Of a stretch of DNA of 64,000 bases, positions 26,201 to 39,333 are shown piece by piece. The position numbers and the translations under genes were made by a program. Under the pieces are notes generated by a model that was not told where the DNA came from, did no database searches, and was given only the letters and a program-made list of their open reading frames with translations. Within the stretch, counting starts at the first letter, position 1. Every line of letters starts with the position of its first letter. This stretch comes from Lama guanicoe (taxonomy: Eukaryota), in assembly GCA_013239625.1 (NCBI GenBank), contig MU053754.1:369379-433378 (forward strand). Direction: 5' to 3'.

Positions 26201-28149
26201 TCTTCTCATTCACTGGCTCCTGGCTTTTGCCTGGAAGCACAGGCAGTGCACCCCCAGCCCCCACCTCCCTCCCCATCCAGTGACCTCAGGACAGTGCATG
26301 ATCTAGGACCGCTCAGCATGCTTTCCCACATGCTCCGCAGCATATTACAGACCAGGCAGCGATGGGAGAGGCCGTGGCCCAGCTTCCAGAGCCCCAGGCA
26401 CAACATTCCCAACTGGCTACCTTGTCTAAATAATGTCCCACCCAATTAATGTCCTATGATTTGTGTGGATGCTGGCAGCTTTGGCCACGTGAGCATCCTT
26501 CCCCGACACCTGTGATCATGTTTCAGATATGAACACCGAATCAAAGGCTATAAGATTTTTTTCCATTTGGAAACGTATTTCCAGGTGGGTTTCTCAGAGA
26601 GTTGTGCTAATTTGCGGGACCTCTGACGGTGTTTGGTTCCTGTAGTTGTTAATCTTACCCATTACAGCATGTGATTCCTGGTAAGCCTCCATAAAAATGA
26701 GAATTACAGCTGGGGCCTTTTTCCTCTTTTACTTTGTACAGTCCCCTGTTGTTCCTCATAAAGTTTGATGGATCCTTGTAATAAAAAAAGTTTAAAGTGG
26801 GGAAAATACATGAGCAATTCTCTTTAGCCAGAAACTGGTTTCATCTGACCTGAGATCTTGAAAGGCTTTTCCGCTCCCGTGGTCCGTTCTCCACCGAAGA
26901 GTTCTAGATTCCTTAGGGTGCAGTTCTTTATCCAACTTCAGAGCCAGTAAGCGACGATTTCTCCATGGGACTGGCCCATGCCCCAGGACCTCTCAGTCGT
27001 GCAAAACCGCCTGAAGTCTGGAGGCCTGGTTTTGAAGAAAGTGGCCCTGTTTTAATTTTTAGCATAATTTCAGGATGAGTTAGAAGACCTATGTTTTGCT
27101 TAAAGAGCTTTCCATCAGCAGCTGAGTTTACTGCTAAAAGAGATTAACTACAGCCTTCAGAAGTTGAGTCAATATTTGACACTGCATTTGAGTTTTCTAA
27201 TCATAGTTATAATCTTCCTGATGTGAAAGAGGAAAACGTAATCAGGGGAGCCAGACGAGCAGGTGAAAACGTGTTCCATTTGGAAACGACTTAACCCTCT
27301 TTGTCTTTGATTTAAATCATATCTGTAGTTACTTTCATTCCCGGGCCACGAAATTTCAGGGAGGAGAAAGAATTTGATGCCGACGTGGGCCCCATGGAAA
27401 CAGCAGAATAGCATACCTAAACTCATACCGCAGAAACGAAATAGAGCTGGCGACACAGAACTGTCACAAAACGGTCGTTTGTAATTTAATCAGCAAAATC
27501 CGCCTCCCTCCGTCTAGTGATGTGCAGGTTTTGCTTTGCTACTCTGAGAACTCCTAGATCTCTTTGTCTCACTCTTAGAGGATTTCGCGTGGCCTGGGAA
27601 TACAAATATTTGTGAACGTGCCCTGTCATCTTTCCCTACGCAGCCTCACCCAAAACCTAACTAGAAAATGTAGCTTTTACGCGTGTGATGCCGGATAGCT
27701 TACAGTTCTCATCCACTGAGCCGATTCTCCAAATTGGAGTAAAAATAGTATTTATGACACTCTTTATCTTAAACCATGCTGGACAGACCACCGTGGCAGT
27801 GCTCCCAGCACTGGTCAGATGAGTGGTCCCGTCAGTTTGACGGGCGTGCCTCAGTAGATCTGCAGAAACGCAGTGATTTTATTCTCTGTGGTTCAGTGTG
27901 AAAGGAAGGGTAAGTAAACATTCTGTCTGAAGTGCTGTTTGTACTCTTGCTTGACAGAACTCCAGACATCCCAGGAGGCAGATTTAGTATCCACCTTGGT
28001 TGAGCACAGCGGTTTCTTTCTCTTTTTTCTGAAATCATGATAGGAAGTGAGCCTCTCAGCCTCACAGCTCTCCAGAAGGCAAGAGGAGCTTTGGAGAGAC
28101 TTAAGTTGCAAGATGCAGTTTCCAAGAGTCCGTAGTTATGGCGGGATTT

Positions 28150-28385
28150 GTCAGCCTTGACACCGTCACCCTGGGAGCTGAGTAATTCTTTTCTGGGGTG
28201 GGGAGGGGGCTGTCTTGCATGTTAAAGTCTGTGGACCAGCCTCATGGTTTCTACCCCGTAAGGCTGCTGTTAGCACCTTCGCACCTGCTCCCATTTGACA
28301 AACCAACATGTCCTCAAACTTTGCCAAATGTCCCCTGGCATGGGGTGGGGTGGAAGAAAATGGCCCCTGGCTGAGCATCATGGCT
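28150..28385 (-). mobile_element. MER20 hAT-Charlie MITE
   Basis: taattctttctggggtggggagggggctgtcttgcatg...tttgccaaatgtcccctgg...gctgagcatcatgg. Confidence 0.7.
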
Positions 28386-28494
28386 TTAGTATCTGCTTGT
28401 TTAAGAACGTCACTGGCTACCCTCTGGGACTTCTCTAGGTGACCCTTGTTCATGAGCTTTAATTTAATCACTTGCTTGCCTTTACTCTCCAGAA

Positions 28495-28878
28495 CTAGGG
28501 GATCCAGTATAGTAGCCGCTAGCCATTCGTGACCCTTTAAATTGAGTGAATGTTACTCTTAGTTTTTTTTTAATGAAGTATAGTCAATTTGCAGTGTTGT
28601 GTAAATTTCTGGTGTACAGCACAGTGATTCTGTTATGCATATGTATATATATTCCTTTTACTATTTCTTGTCATTATAGGTTATTACAAAGTACTGAGTA
28701 TAGTTCCCTGTGCTGTACTGTTGGACCTTGTGGTCTATCTATTTTGTATATAGTAGTTAACATCTGCAGTAAGCAAGTTTTAAATAGATACAGTTCACGT
28801 CCCTAGCCACTGCTGACTGGGTACCATCCAAGATAGAATAGTGCCTTCATCACAGCAAGTTCTCTGGGACAGTGTTGA
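28495..28878 (-). mobile_element. MER3/MER33-like MITE interrupted by an L1 3' fragment
   Basis: tccagtatagtagccgctagcca ... ttcatcacagcaagttctctgggacagtgttg flanking the L1 piece. Confidence 0.65.
28562..28768 (-). mobile_element. Short LINE-1 3' end
   Basis: ttttttaatgaagtatagtcaatttgcagtgttgtgtaaatttctggtgtacagc...tagttccctgtgctgtac. Confidence 0.88.
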
Positions 28879-29409
28879 TGGAGAGCAAACGTCTCAGTGG
28901 ACATCTCACATCTCAGGGAGAAAACGAGGATTCTTGGGAAGAGGGGAGTATTGCTCGTTCTGTTTATAAAGCACAGGCATGCACAGAGTATGCACACATA
29001 CACATGTTAAATTACATGCAGCACATCTTTTAGTACTGAAACTGCACGTAAGGTGCGTGAGATTAGGGGAAATAAAGTCCAAAGAAGCCTTCTTAGGGAA
29101 GAGAGAGTAACGGGGAAAAGTCTGAGGAATGCTGATCTAGGTCTTTTTTCTTTTTTGAGATACGATTTGGAATTTGAAGTGCTGGGTTTGAGAAAACAGA
29201 ATAGCAGCTTCAGGTAACTACGATGAAGACTCTCGTTTGTTCTTGTACTTAAGGTTTTCAAATATGGTAAGGTAACTGAGCGTATGATCTCCACTGGAAA
29301 ACAAGCGAGAAGTCTGTCGAATTTTGCAGAAGAAAATTTTAGGAGTTAGTGGAAACTTGTCTACCTGCACTTTTATTAAACAAAGGGACCCTATTTGAAA
29401 ACATTAGAT

Positions 29410-29620
29410 GTATTTTGTGTATTATTTGTATATTATTATGTTATTTATATTTATATGATTGTTTACATATGATGTATTCTATAATTAATATTATATTTAT
29501 TCCAGTATAATATACTTTGTATATAAATAATATATAATATAAATATGAGTAACATAAATATACAGCATATAATATTATTAAATGATATATAAATATAACA
29601 TATTCATACATTTTAACACT
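29410..29620. repeat. AT-rich low-complexity tract
   Basis: Almost entirely A/T (tattattatg...atataaataatatataatat). Confidence 0.85.
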
Positions 29621-30189
29621 TTTAATGTAGTAAGAGAAGAATGTTATAAATGAAGTCATGATTGGTTGATGCATTAACATTTGATTTCAACAAAAAAAGA
29701 AAGTACCCACCTCTTGTACCAGAGCAGATTATTGTAACAGACATGTGAAATTATTGACAGCATAGATGTCCTAAAAATGTGACAGTTGAAGTAATTTTTT
29801 CTCATTAGTGAACAGTCATTCTGCAATCAAGTTTGTAAATGTAAGTCTATTTTTTGTAGAATACTAGATCTCTTTAAGGACTTTCCTAGCTGCAGTTTTG
29901 ACAGGAGGATAGATAATTTCGTATTATGCCGTGGAAAGTCACAAAACAGAGAACATTCACTGGATAAGGTGTATGCCTCAGAGAACACTTGCCAGGCTGT
30001 CCTGTAGTCATTGCAGTCATCCCACCGGTAGCCAAGTGACCGTTCAGCCGAAGCTCCCTGTGTTTTGTATGTGTTTACACAGTACCATACAGGTGCTTAG
30101 CGGATGTGGGCACTCGAGTGCTAGACCCCGTTCTTTGCTCCTGATAAGCAAGCAATCCAAGGTCATGGAATATTCTAGGTGGAGAATCC

Positions 30190-30830
30190 ATGGAGACTGA
30201 GAGTTTTTTGGTCGTAACCAGGAGTGATTTTAAATCGCAATAGTATAATAAAGGTTAATTTTGAGTTAGATGAAGAGAGAGACTGGAAATACAGGCTGAG
30301 TCCAGATGATCAAAGTCTTTTACTGTCTTGCTAATCAGTGTTACAGATCTTTTCAAGGCCGGGACTCTAGTGGCAGTGTTATGGAGATAACGGGTCAAAA
30401 GAAGAATTTCTTTTGAAACTAGTGGGGAGCAGACTGGCCAGGGGAAAAGTGAGGAGCCCCTCACGGTAGCGTGACTGACGGACAGCAGTGTCTGTGGGTT
30501 GGTGGGTGTTGGTAGGATGGTGCTTAACAGGAGGGAAGCCTGAGAAACGATGAAAAAAATTAATGCACTGTCGTTATATGTCACCTGTGGGAGAACAGAG
30601 GAAGGGTCTTTTAGTTTCTTACTTTCAGACCTTGGAAATTCATGATGTCAATAAAAGAATTAAGACGTCAGAGCCAGAGGCAGTTTTGGGGGGAAAGAGC
30701 ACAGTTCAGTGTTCAAACACTGAGCTGTTGAGAATAGCAAGACATTCCGGTGTAAGAATCCAGCAGATAGCTAAGGAAAAGGTTTTGGATCACAAGGGAT
30801 TTGGGTTAGGGCCAGAATCAAAGATTAGAG
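30190..30830 (-). mobile_element. LINE-2 fragment (degraded)
   Basis: Purine-rich; ggaaagagcacagttcagtgttcaaacactgagctgttgag...gacattccggtgtaagaatccagcagatagct resembles the L2 reverse strand. Confidence 0.5.
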
Positions 30831-32461
30831 AGTGAGCTCACGGAGGTCACAGGGTTCAGTATTGTAAATTCTTCCTGTTTCATCACATTGTGAACCAGTT
30901 GTCAGTGCCACGGAGGAGGGAAGACACAGGCATTCGTGTCATACTGTGTGTCAAACTGATTTAAAATGGGTATGTCTGAAACTGTTGTCCTGCTCAATTA
31001 TGCGCCACCTTGACTTTGCTTGAGTTACGTGCCATGAATGCTCAATGAGCAGGGTGTTTCCATTCATTTACATCTATTCTCCTTCTTATTCCTTTGAAGG
31101 TGGCAATGCTTACCTTGTCCACTGACCTTGTCCTGAGACCCATCAATATGGTCCATCTCCCAGCAGAGCATCCGAGAGCCATGACTGGGTGCTTTTTCTT
31201 CTGGTCACGATTCTTCATGTTGTTTTTCTTCTCGGGCAGTGGCCACACTCCAACCTCATAAAGCAGTGGGTTATCCCGCGGGGATAGACAGAGTGGGCCG
31301 TTCATCACCATGTGATCCCAAACATAACTGAAGTACAGCCTTAAATGACTTTTAAAACCTACTTGAAGTTCAGGGCCATAAAACATATTTATTTTTTGAG
31401 GCAGTTCAAAATAAGAAAGCCTAGAGAAAATGAAAAGATTACTGGGGCTATTTTTCAAATCCTAAAACTCCAGATGATCCTATAAATTTCAGATTCAAGA
31501 AGAAGCTGGGAAGTAGGTTACAGAAATAAGCCTGACGTGTGGAATTGCCTGGTGAAATACAGTGCTTAGGAGAACACCACGGGTGTAACTGTTTTCTCAT
31601 TTGCGTGGCCGTGCTGCTGGTTTACATCGATTCCTCTTCTGAAACGCGTGGACGTCTCTCTGAAATAGAACCAGCCCACCAGAGAGAAAGACGCGTCTGA
31701 AACTTGTGGGTTTACCATTTGAACACAGGGTGGTGCCAGCTAAGTGTCTTTTTGGCCAGTTAGACTGATGGTGAGGGATCGCTCCCCCTCACTGCTCATC
31801 TGGGTCACACTGAGCTTTAGCGGGGCTGGGCCAGCAGGCTCCTCTTTCGGGATACGTGGCAGGAGAACCTCGGATGCATAGAATGGACATCTGGGGAATA
31901 AGGAAGGACCACAGAGAAGGGGAACAGAATTGATGAGGAGATCCTGAGGCTCCGATACCTAAACCGTGTATGCTCCCAGGGGATGCATGGCTAGCCATTG
32001 CGAGGATCCCGTGGGTACCGGTAATACCCACTTTGTCCTGTCCTTTCCCACAAAACTGAGACCCACCAGCTTCCTGCATGGCTTAGGCTGTCTCTTCAGC
32101 CACATCATATTTCCTCTGAGCTTGTCCTGATATCAGAATTGGCCCTGGATGGTGACTTTCCACCCTTGATGAGCCCTGTCAGTTCTTTGTTGGCATGGAA
32201 GAGTAAGGAAATAATGTGGAATGAGATGATTTTGTGACTCCATGGCTGGAACTAATTAGAGTTACTCAAATGGATGTCCAGCCAACAGATCTTACTGTAT
32301 TTTAACAGAATCCTTTTAGGTGTTTGAGCTACCAGTGGTTCATGAAAACAACGTTCATGGTTAGACACTGGAATCAGACATAAAGGGGCAGTCGTGAGAG
32401 TCATCTTTAAGGACTGCCAAGCATTAGTCATAGACTGTCAAGTGTCAAGTAGACATTAGAG

Positions 32462-32672
32462 CATTGCTTCTCAGCTGGAAGGTATCCCCCTCCAGGGGAT
32501 GTGTGGTGATGTAAGGAGGTATTCTGCCGTTGTCCGAGCTGGAGAAGGGTCCTACCAGCATCGAGTGGGTAGAGGACAGGGATGTGGCCATACATCACAC
32601 AGCACACAGGACGCCCCCCAAGGATTACCCACTTGACAAAATACCACTCATGCCAGGCTTGGGAAAACGCCT
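32462..32672 (+). mobile_element. MER20 hAT-Charlie MITE
   Basis: ccccctccaggggatgtgtggtgatgt...ctaccagcatcgagtgggtagaggacagggatg...gcacacaggacgcccccc. Confidence 0.8.
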
Positions 32673-32879
32673 GATGAGACAACTTAGTGGCAAGAAAACG
32701 AAACTATAAACTACCTTCAGTTCCCTTTTAGTAGACCAGTACTTCTAACTTCAGACATTTACAAAAGGATAGAACTCACCATTTCTTTCTAGAAAATCAC
32801 GACTTGTAATTATAGTTGCCCATTATAGCAGAAGTAAGACAGCGAAGGTGGGCCTATTTAAGTATTTCTAATATTTAAA

Positions 32880-33072
32880 AAAATTTTACTGAGCTGTAGT
32901 GGATTTACAATGTTGTGTTATTTTCTGGTGTACAGCATGGTGATTCAGTTTTATATATGTGTGTGTGTGTATATATATGGATTCTTTTTTTCAGATCCTT
33001 TCTCATTATGGGTTAGTACAAGATATTAAGTATGGTTCCCTGTTGCCATACGGTTGGAACTGGTTGTTGATG
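32880..33072 (-). mobile_element. Short LINE-1 3' end
   Basis: gatttacaatgttgtgttattttctggtgtacagcatggtgattcagtt...; degenerate TSD aagtatttctaatatttaa / aagcattcctggtatttaa. Confidence 0.85.
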
Positions 33073-34627
33073 AAAGCATTCCTGGTATTTAACCGGATTC
33101 TCCCTGCACTTGCTTCTCACTTCCTGTAACTTAACAGTTTAAGTGACTTTTGTGATCTGTGCATTCTCTGGCCTTCTTGAAATGCCTTTTCTTCTACGAG
33201 AATCTCATTATATATGTTTAACCCTTGGCACTTGGGAAGAGGAAACCTGGAACCTGGATGCTCTCGTGGATGAGCAGAGCAGGTGATTTTGTCCATCACC
33301 CTGGCTTGCTTTAAGGGACCCACGAAGCTTTATCTTTCCTTCTCTCTTCACTTTGCTCTTTTTGTGGACATCCTCTGCCCCTCCATTCTCAGTGTCCACA
33401 TAGAGCTGCCACGACCCCACGTTGTCCTGGCATCTCCCACCAGCTGACTAGTGTCCCAGGTGAGCGAATGCGCCCGGTGTTGTCCACTTCCTATGGCTCG
33501 GGGTTCATAGCTGCCAGGAGCAGGAGCTGATGCAGGCTAATGGTGCGGTAGAGGAGTTTGTTGAAGTCGTACCGAGCCTCTTGCATGATCACCTAGAAAG
33601 CCAGAGATACATGCTTAGAACATGGGTGGGACTTATGGGAATCCTTGGCAGAGAGATCCAGCAGGTGTGGCCACTGAGAAAACCACACCAGAGTCTGATG
33701 AGGACGCCTCTGTCCTCAGCACAGGTGGCTGATAACATAGCTGTACTTTTATCCAAGAAGCACGGACCCAGGGTCCACTGGCCCCTGTAAAAGCTGCTGC
33801 GGCCACCTGTTGCATGGCTAGCGGGAATCCCCTACGTGCCTGATTTTCTGCATCACTGTGGACAGTCTCAACATCCTCGTGAGTGATGTCTGGTCAGAGA
33901 TGCTGCCCAGCTGTCTGAGAGGCTGCGAGAACACACATGTGGCCTTTTGTTTTCTGTAGTGAGAGGTGGACCGTGATGCTCCCATGACAACAGGCATGAA
34001 GAGTGTGTCACAGTTGGCCCTGGTGAGGGGTTTCAGTACCAGTTGATTTCACTTGCCCCCCGGATAATTCATGGTAATCTGTCTCAGCATCACCCGGTTA
34101 TCAGCCGTAATTCCACGTGCTACTTTAATTCTTCTTTGCCAGACAATGCAGCATATTCATAGGTCCTTGGATTAGGGTGTGGACATAATTGCGGGGGAGG
34201 CAGTGTTCTGATACTGCAGTGAGTTATCCAGCCAGTGTGGACGTGACATGATGCGCCTGAGAGTCTTAGATTCGGAGTCAGAGGAATGATCTTGCATGCT
34301 GACTCCAGAATTTATCAGGCACGATCCTGGACAGTGATGAACCTTCTCAATTAATCTCTTCAGTTATCAGATGAGAATCATTGCGCCTACTCCGAAGATG
34401 TTTTGCTAATCTGAAACTAGGTAGTTTCTGCAAAAGGAATGAAGAGCTTGTGTTGAGGTTACATGTGATGCCGTGGGAACCAGATAGATCTTGCCTGGAA
34501 TCCTGGCTCTCCCTCTTTCTAATTGAGGTAAATAAGTGTCTAAACTTTTCATTCTCCATTTTCTCATCTTACAGAAAAAATGGGCAGAACCTCCTTAAAA
34601 AGCTATGAGCATTAAATGAGACAATTT

Positions 34628-35575
34628 TCAAAAAATTGTAGTATAGTTGATTTACACTGTTGTATTAGTCTCTGGTGTACAGTACAGTGATTCAGTTAAA
34701 CATGCACCCACACACACGTATGTATCTATATATTCTTTTTTATTATATGTTACTGTAACGTATTAAAGATATGTAGTTCCCTGTGCTATACAGTATAGTA
34801 ACCATAAGTTTGTTCTCTATGTCTGAGTCTCTTTCTGTTTTGTAAATAAATTTGGTGTGTCATTTTTTTTAAGATTCCACATACAAGTTATATCATATGG
34901 TACTTGTCTTTCTCTTTCTGACTTACTTCACTTAGTATCATCATCTCTAGTTCCATCCATGTTGCTGCAAATGGCATTGTTTCATTCTTTTTTATGGCTG
35001 AGTAGTATTCCATTGTGTAAATGCACCACAGCTTCTTTATCCAGTCATCTGTCAGTTGACATTTAGCTTCCATGATTTGGGTATTGTAAATAGCGCCGCT
35101 ATGAACACTGGGGTGCATGAATCTTTTCCAGTTTTCTCTGGACATATGCCCAAGAGTGGGATTGCTGGGTCATATGGTAAGTCTAATTTTAGTTTTTTTA
35201 AGAATCTATACTGTTTTCTGTAATGGCTCATTAAATTATGTTCCGACCAGCAGTGTAGGAGGGTTCCCTTTTCTCCACACTCTTTCCAGCAGTTATCATT
35301 TGTGGACTTTTTAGTGATGGCCATTAGGTCCAGTGTGAGGTGATAATCTCATTGTAGTTTTGATTTGCATTCCTCTGATAATTAGTGATATTGAACATCT
35401 TTTCATGTGCCTGTTGGCCATCTGTATGCCTTCTTTGGAAAATTGTCTGTTTAGGTCTTCTGCCCATTTTTTTTATTAGGCTGTTTGTTTTCTTGTTATT
35501 AAGTTGTATGAGCTGTTCATAAACTCTGGAAATTAAGCCCTTGAAAGTCACATCGTTTGGAAATATTTTCTCCCA
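34628..35575 (-). mobile_element. 5'-truncated LINE-1 (frameshifted ORF2 C-terminus and 3' UTR) inserted into a MIR
   Basis: ORFs 35324-35623, 35052-35324 and 34888-35145 give ORF2p pieces ([31 protein letters not shown]); TSD taaatgag(a/g)ca(a/g)ttt at 34613-34627 and 35576-35590. Confidence 0.92.
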
Positions 35576-35664
35576 TAAATGAGGCAGTTTAAACAAAGAT
35601 TGTAAGTGTTGTGCCTGGCTCATAGTGAATTCCTAACACTTGAAAATACCTACGTTTATTGACC

Positions 35665-35892
35665 TAGGTTTCTCGAACCTCACACTGTGGATATTTGAGG
35701 ATCGATAATTATCTCTTGTAGGGTTAAGAGGGGCAGTACTATGCATTGTAGACTGTTGAGCAGTGTCCTTGGTCTTTTCACAGTAGCCACCAGTAGCCTC
35801 CTTCCCCTCGGCAGTGACAGTCAGTGTAGCTCCAGGTGTTTCCACAAGGCTGCTGGCGGGAAGACTGCTTCCCTTTTGAAGATAACTGACCT
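35665..35892 (-). mobile_element. MER20 hAT-Charlie MITE
   Basis: ggtttctcgaacctcacactgtggatatttgaggatcgataatt...atgcattgtagactgttgagcagtgtccttggtc. Confidence 0.8.
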
Positions 35893-38800
35893 GGATGAAT
35901 ATTTATTGGATGACAGTTTGTTCTTTATAATATTTAATTTTAAGTTGTACATTTAAGTCCTATATAAAAACATAAGCACTAACATATTCACAAGCTGTCT
36001 TACAAACATACAATGTGAGGTCAGCTTTTCTCCATCCCTGGACTGGAGACAAAGAGTAAAGAGTAAATGAGCCTTTTTTTTTTTTAATTTTGCTGTTGGC
36101 AGCAGATAAATACCTGATTTACTTAAGACCAAAAACCCCATGTTTAACATCCCATTTAGTTGGGGATAGTGTTCCTTTTTTTTTTTTTATTTATCTACAT
36201 TCATTCTGAGGCAATTACCATAAAACACTTTTCAGTTTAACTTAATCAAATGTGTACAATCCTATTTTGTTAGAACACAAATCCAGAATAACAGAGAATG
36301 GGGAAAGCTTATCTTTTTTCACTAAAACCTATCGCTTCTGCTGTTAGAAGGAGCCTCAAGCTGTGTCTGTCTAAATGTAAAACTCACAGGAAAGCTAAAA
36401 CATGCTCAGTATTTTAATTCAAGTTCTACTTGGGGTCGAGGTGGTAATGACCCCTTTCTTTCCCCTGTGATCTGAAGGTAGGTGCAAATTAAGTGCTCCA
36501 GTAGGTGCGAAACGGTCAGCATTGGGAGTTCCTCAGTTACGTTTCACAGAATTGTATGATTTACTGATTAGACTCACAGTATGAAACATTCCAGAAAATT
36601 CACCCTCCAGTGGCCTTATCAGATGGTGAAGTTTTTTTCAACACTGACATCATTTTGCTGACTGTCCATTTATATCGATCGAAAAAGTCTTTCCTCATAA
36701 TTCAGACCCTGTTGGATTAAAAGGCAGGTGTGAGAACTTAGATGTCACTGAATTTTACAGTACAGTCATCGGAGCTAAGCAATGGTCAGCTGCCCATGTA
36801 GTGTCCAAACGTTGCTTGAGAGGCTGGGACATGTCCCACGTCCAAGTTGGGTGTAAGGACTGAGGCAGTTCCATTAATACTGGAGTCTTCAGGGTACCTA
36901 GATAAGTTCATATGAAAACTAGTCCACAGTGATAGGGCAGCACGAATTGGATAGAACTGAGCAAGGGTCTTTAAAGATGTCCAACCCAGAGCATTAATGG
37001 TGACCCAAGTGGTGGGCAGATGGTGAGCCCAGGGCACCGAGGAGCAGGTGATGATCATTGATTAAGCCTATTGAGAAGCGTCTCACTGATCAGAGGTATC
37101 AACGACCAGGTCATCATCCTCCCAAATTATACTGATCTCAGGGCAATGTGAGTAGGAACCTCTGAGAGGATGGCCATGTCGAAGGAGAAAGGAAATTGGA
37201 CCTGGGGAAGGTCACTCAACCTGGTCACCCACCCAGAGAAACAGACAGGGACCACCTATGAGGACAAGGGCACCAGAGGGTGCTCAGCTGGGCTCTGGAA
37301 TAAGAAGTCTGGCTTTGAGACTTGGATCCCAAGGCCAGACATGGAGGAGCATGCAGAATTCAGGGAAACTCTCAGTTTACCCTCAGGATGGAGCTTGGCA
37401 ATCTTCCAGAATTTTGTCTTGGGCGCTGTTGTGGTTGAAGTCACAGTAGGGACAGGAGTGGACTGTGCATTTCGATCACAACCCAGAGACTTGAAGTAGT
37501 GTCAGCTAAAAGCTAGAGCCTGCAAATGGTTCCCTATTCAATGAAGGCTCTGCTGTTCCCTTCTGAAGACACAACCTTGTCTCCCCACCTAATTTGGAGG
37601 AGTAATCTATTTTTAAAACATGCATAGCCTTGGGTGAGGTTCTATTTTTAGGACCACCCAAACTCAAGATGGAGCATCCTTCTCCCTAGAAGTATAAAAA
37701 CAGAGAAGTCCATATCAGTGCAGGATTTTTTTGTCAGTTAAATTATTAGCATTATTCTCATCTCTGAAATAGGGAAGTTGGGAACTGTAAATGGGCCAGA
37801 GTCACTGAACCACCAACATGCATTCTGAATCAAAATCACCTTTATTATCTTGCCAGTGGACTGTCACAGTAATTAGTGTCTGATTATTTGTCAGGTATCG
37901 TCAGTAAAGAGTCTGTAGACCAGCCTAATAATAATAGTGTAGAAAATGAGAAATGAAGAGATTAAAACGATAATCAACAGGGGAGGAGAACAGTGAAAAC
38001 ATCCGTTTGTTTGGAATAAAAGATGAGTGCCTGTTGTCCCAAATACGTTTCCCGGGGTGGCTCACCCTGCATTTTACCCACTGCAGATTATTTCCTGTCC
38101 CAGCAGCTCAGGCTTCAAAGTAGCAGCGGTGACTTCAATGGGGAAAACATTCCCAACCTCCAGCTTCTCCTAGGGACTGATGGGAAGAGCTGATGGGAGC
38201 TGATGGGAAGAGACAAAAAGCCATGCAGAGATGCAGCTTTTGCTGGAGAACTCAAATGAGGTCAGATTTGACATCTGTGAGCCCCTGGCGGAGTCTTGGA
38301 GAGCGAATCCCGGAGGCTGAAGCTAGTGCTGGAGGGAGATTGCATCCCTCTCGGGTCGTCCTTGCTAGTGCCCACAGTGGCTTGGATGCATTCACTGCAA
38401 TAGTTTGTCCAGATCAAGATGGCGCTTTCAGAAAGACAACTTTTAAAAAAACAGTCCATGGAGTCATCAAGGACTGTTATCTTGGGCAGTGGAAATCAAA
38501 CAAGATTTATGCTGAATGCAGAAGTCAAGACAGGGCAGTCAGGGTTAGCTCACCGACCTTGTGATGGTCCAGGCTGGGCTGGGTGTTCCCAGTCTTCCTG
38601 GAGTCCTTAGGGTCTCAGCGGTTTCTTCACCATCCCTCTGGCATGAAAGGAAGGTCTTACTGTTTGGGGCCAAACAACGTAAGAAGCATTTATACACCAG
38701 CACTTCAGTCAACATGGAAAAAGTAACATATAGAAAATTGAAAACAAGTATGTTTTTATTTCATTCTTAACTGACCACGACTACTTACCAGTGGGATGGG

Positions 38801-39029
38801 TAGGGCACTGCATGACTTCGCCAGACCTGAAATGAGATTGCACTCACCCACCCTCATTTCCTGTTGCACTTTGAGTTTTCACACAGCAAGAGCCCCACAC
38901 CCAGCTCTGCAAAGCTGTGGCACCATGGAAAGGAAGGTAACACAGCAGTTGAGCATTGAAACTTGGAACAACCCGCCTGCGAGTAGTTTGCTGACGTCTG
39001 ACTGAACTCAAAGAGTTTCTGGGTTTGCC

Positions 39030-39252
39030 TCAGAAGTTTGAAATATCTTAGGATGGTTCTTTGGGTCATACAGTCTCTGCTGGTGCAACTACTCATCTGT
39101 GCTGTTGGGTCTTGAAAGCTCTATAGACGGTCCATAAACCAATGGGTGTGGCTGCGCCCAATTAAATGCTATTCATAAACATACCCACATTTTGTTAAAA
39201 CAGGTGGGTGATGTGCTTAATTTGGCTCTCAGACATGGTGTGCTGACCTTTG
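39030..39252 (-). mobile_element. MER58A-like MITE
   Basis: gggtcatacagtctctgctggtgcaactactca...aatgggtgtggctgcgccccaattaaa...aaaacaggtgggtg...gctgacc. Confidence 0.7.
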
Positions 39253-39333
39253 TGCAAATACTTCCTCTGCTGTATTACATGTGAGAGTCTCCAAGGTGGA
39301 CATAGCCATAAATCTTCAACATTTCATTTATTT

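Noticed and set aside
27897..27909. 13-nt microexon-like pattern (gttcag|tgtgaaaggaagg|gtaagt)
   Set aside because: Not frame-preserving; no other support
36730..37670. Possible very old LTR or ERVL-related relic ending ...acccaaactcaaga
   Set aside because: Only the terminus is suggestive; family and boundaries cannot be supported
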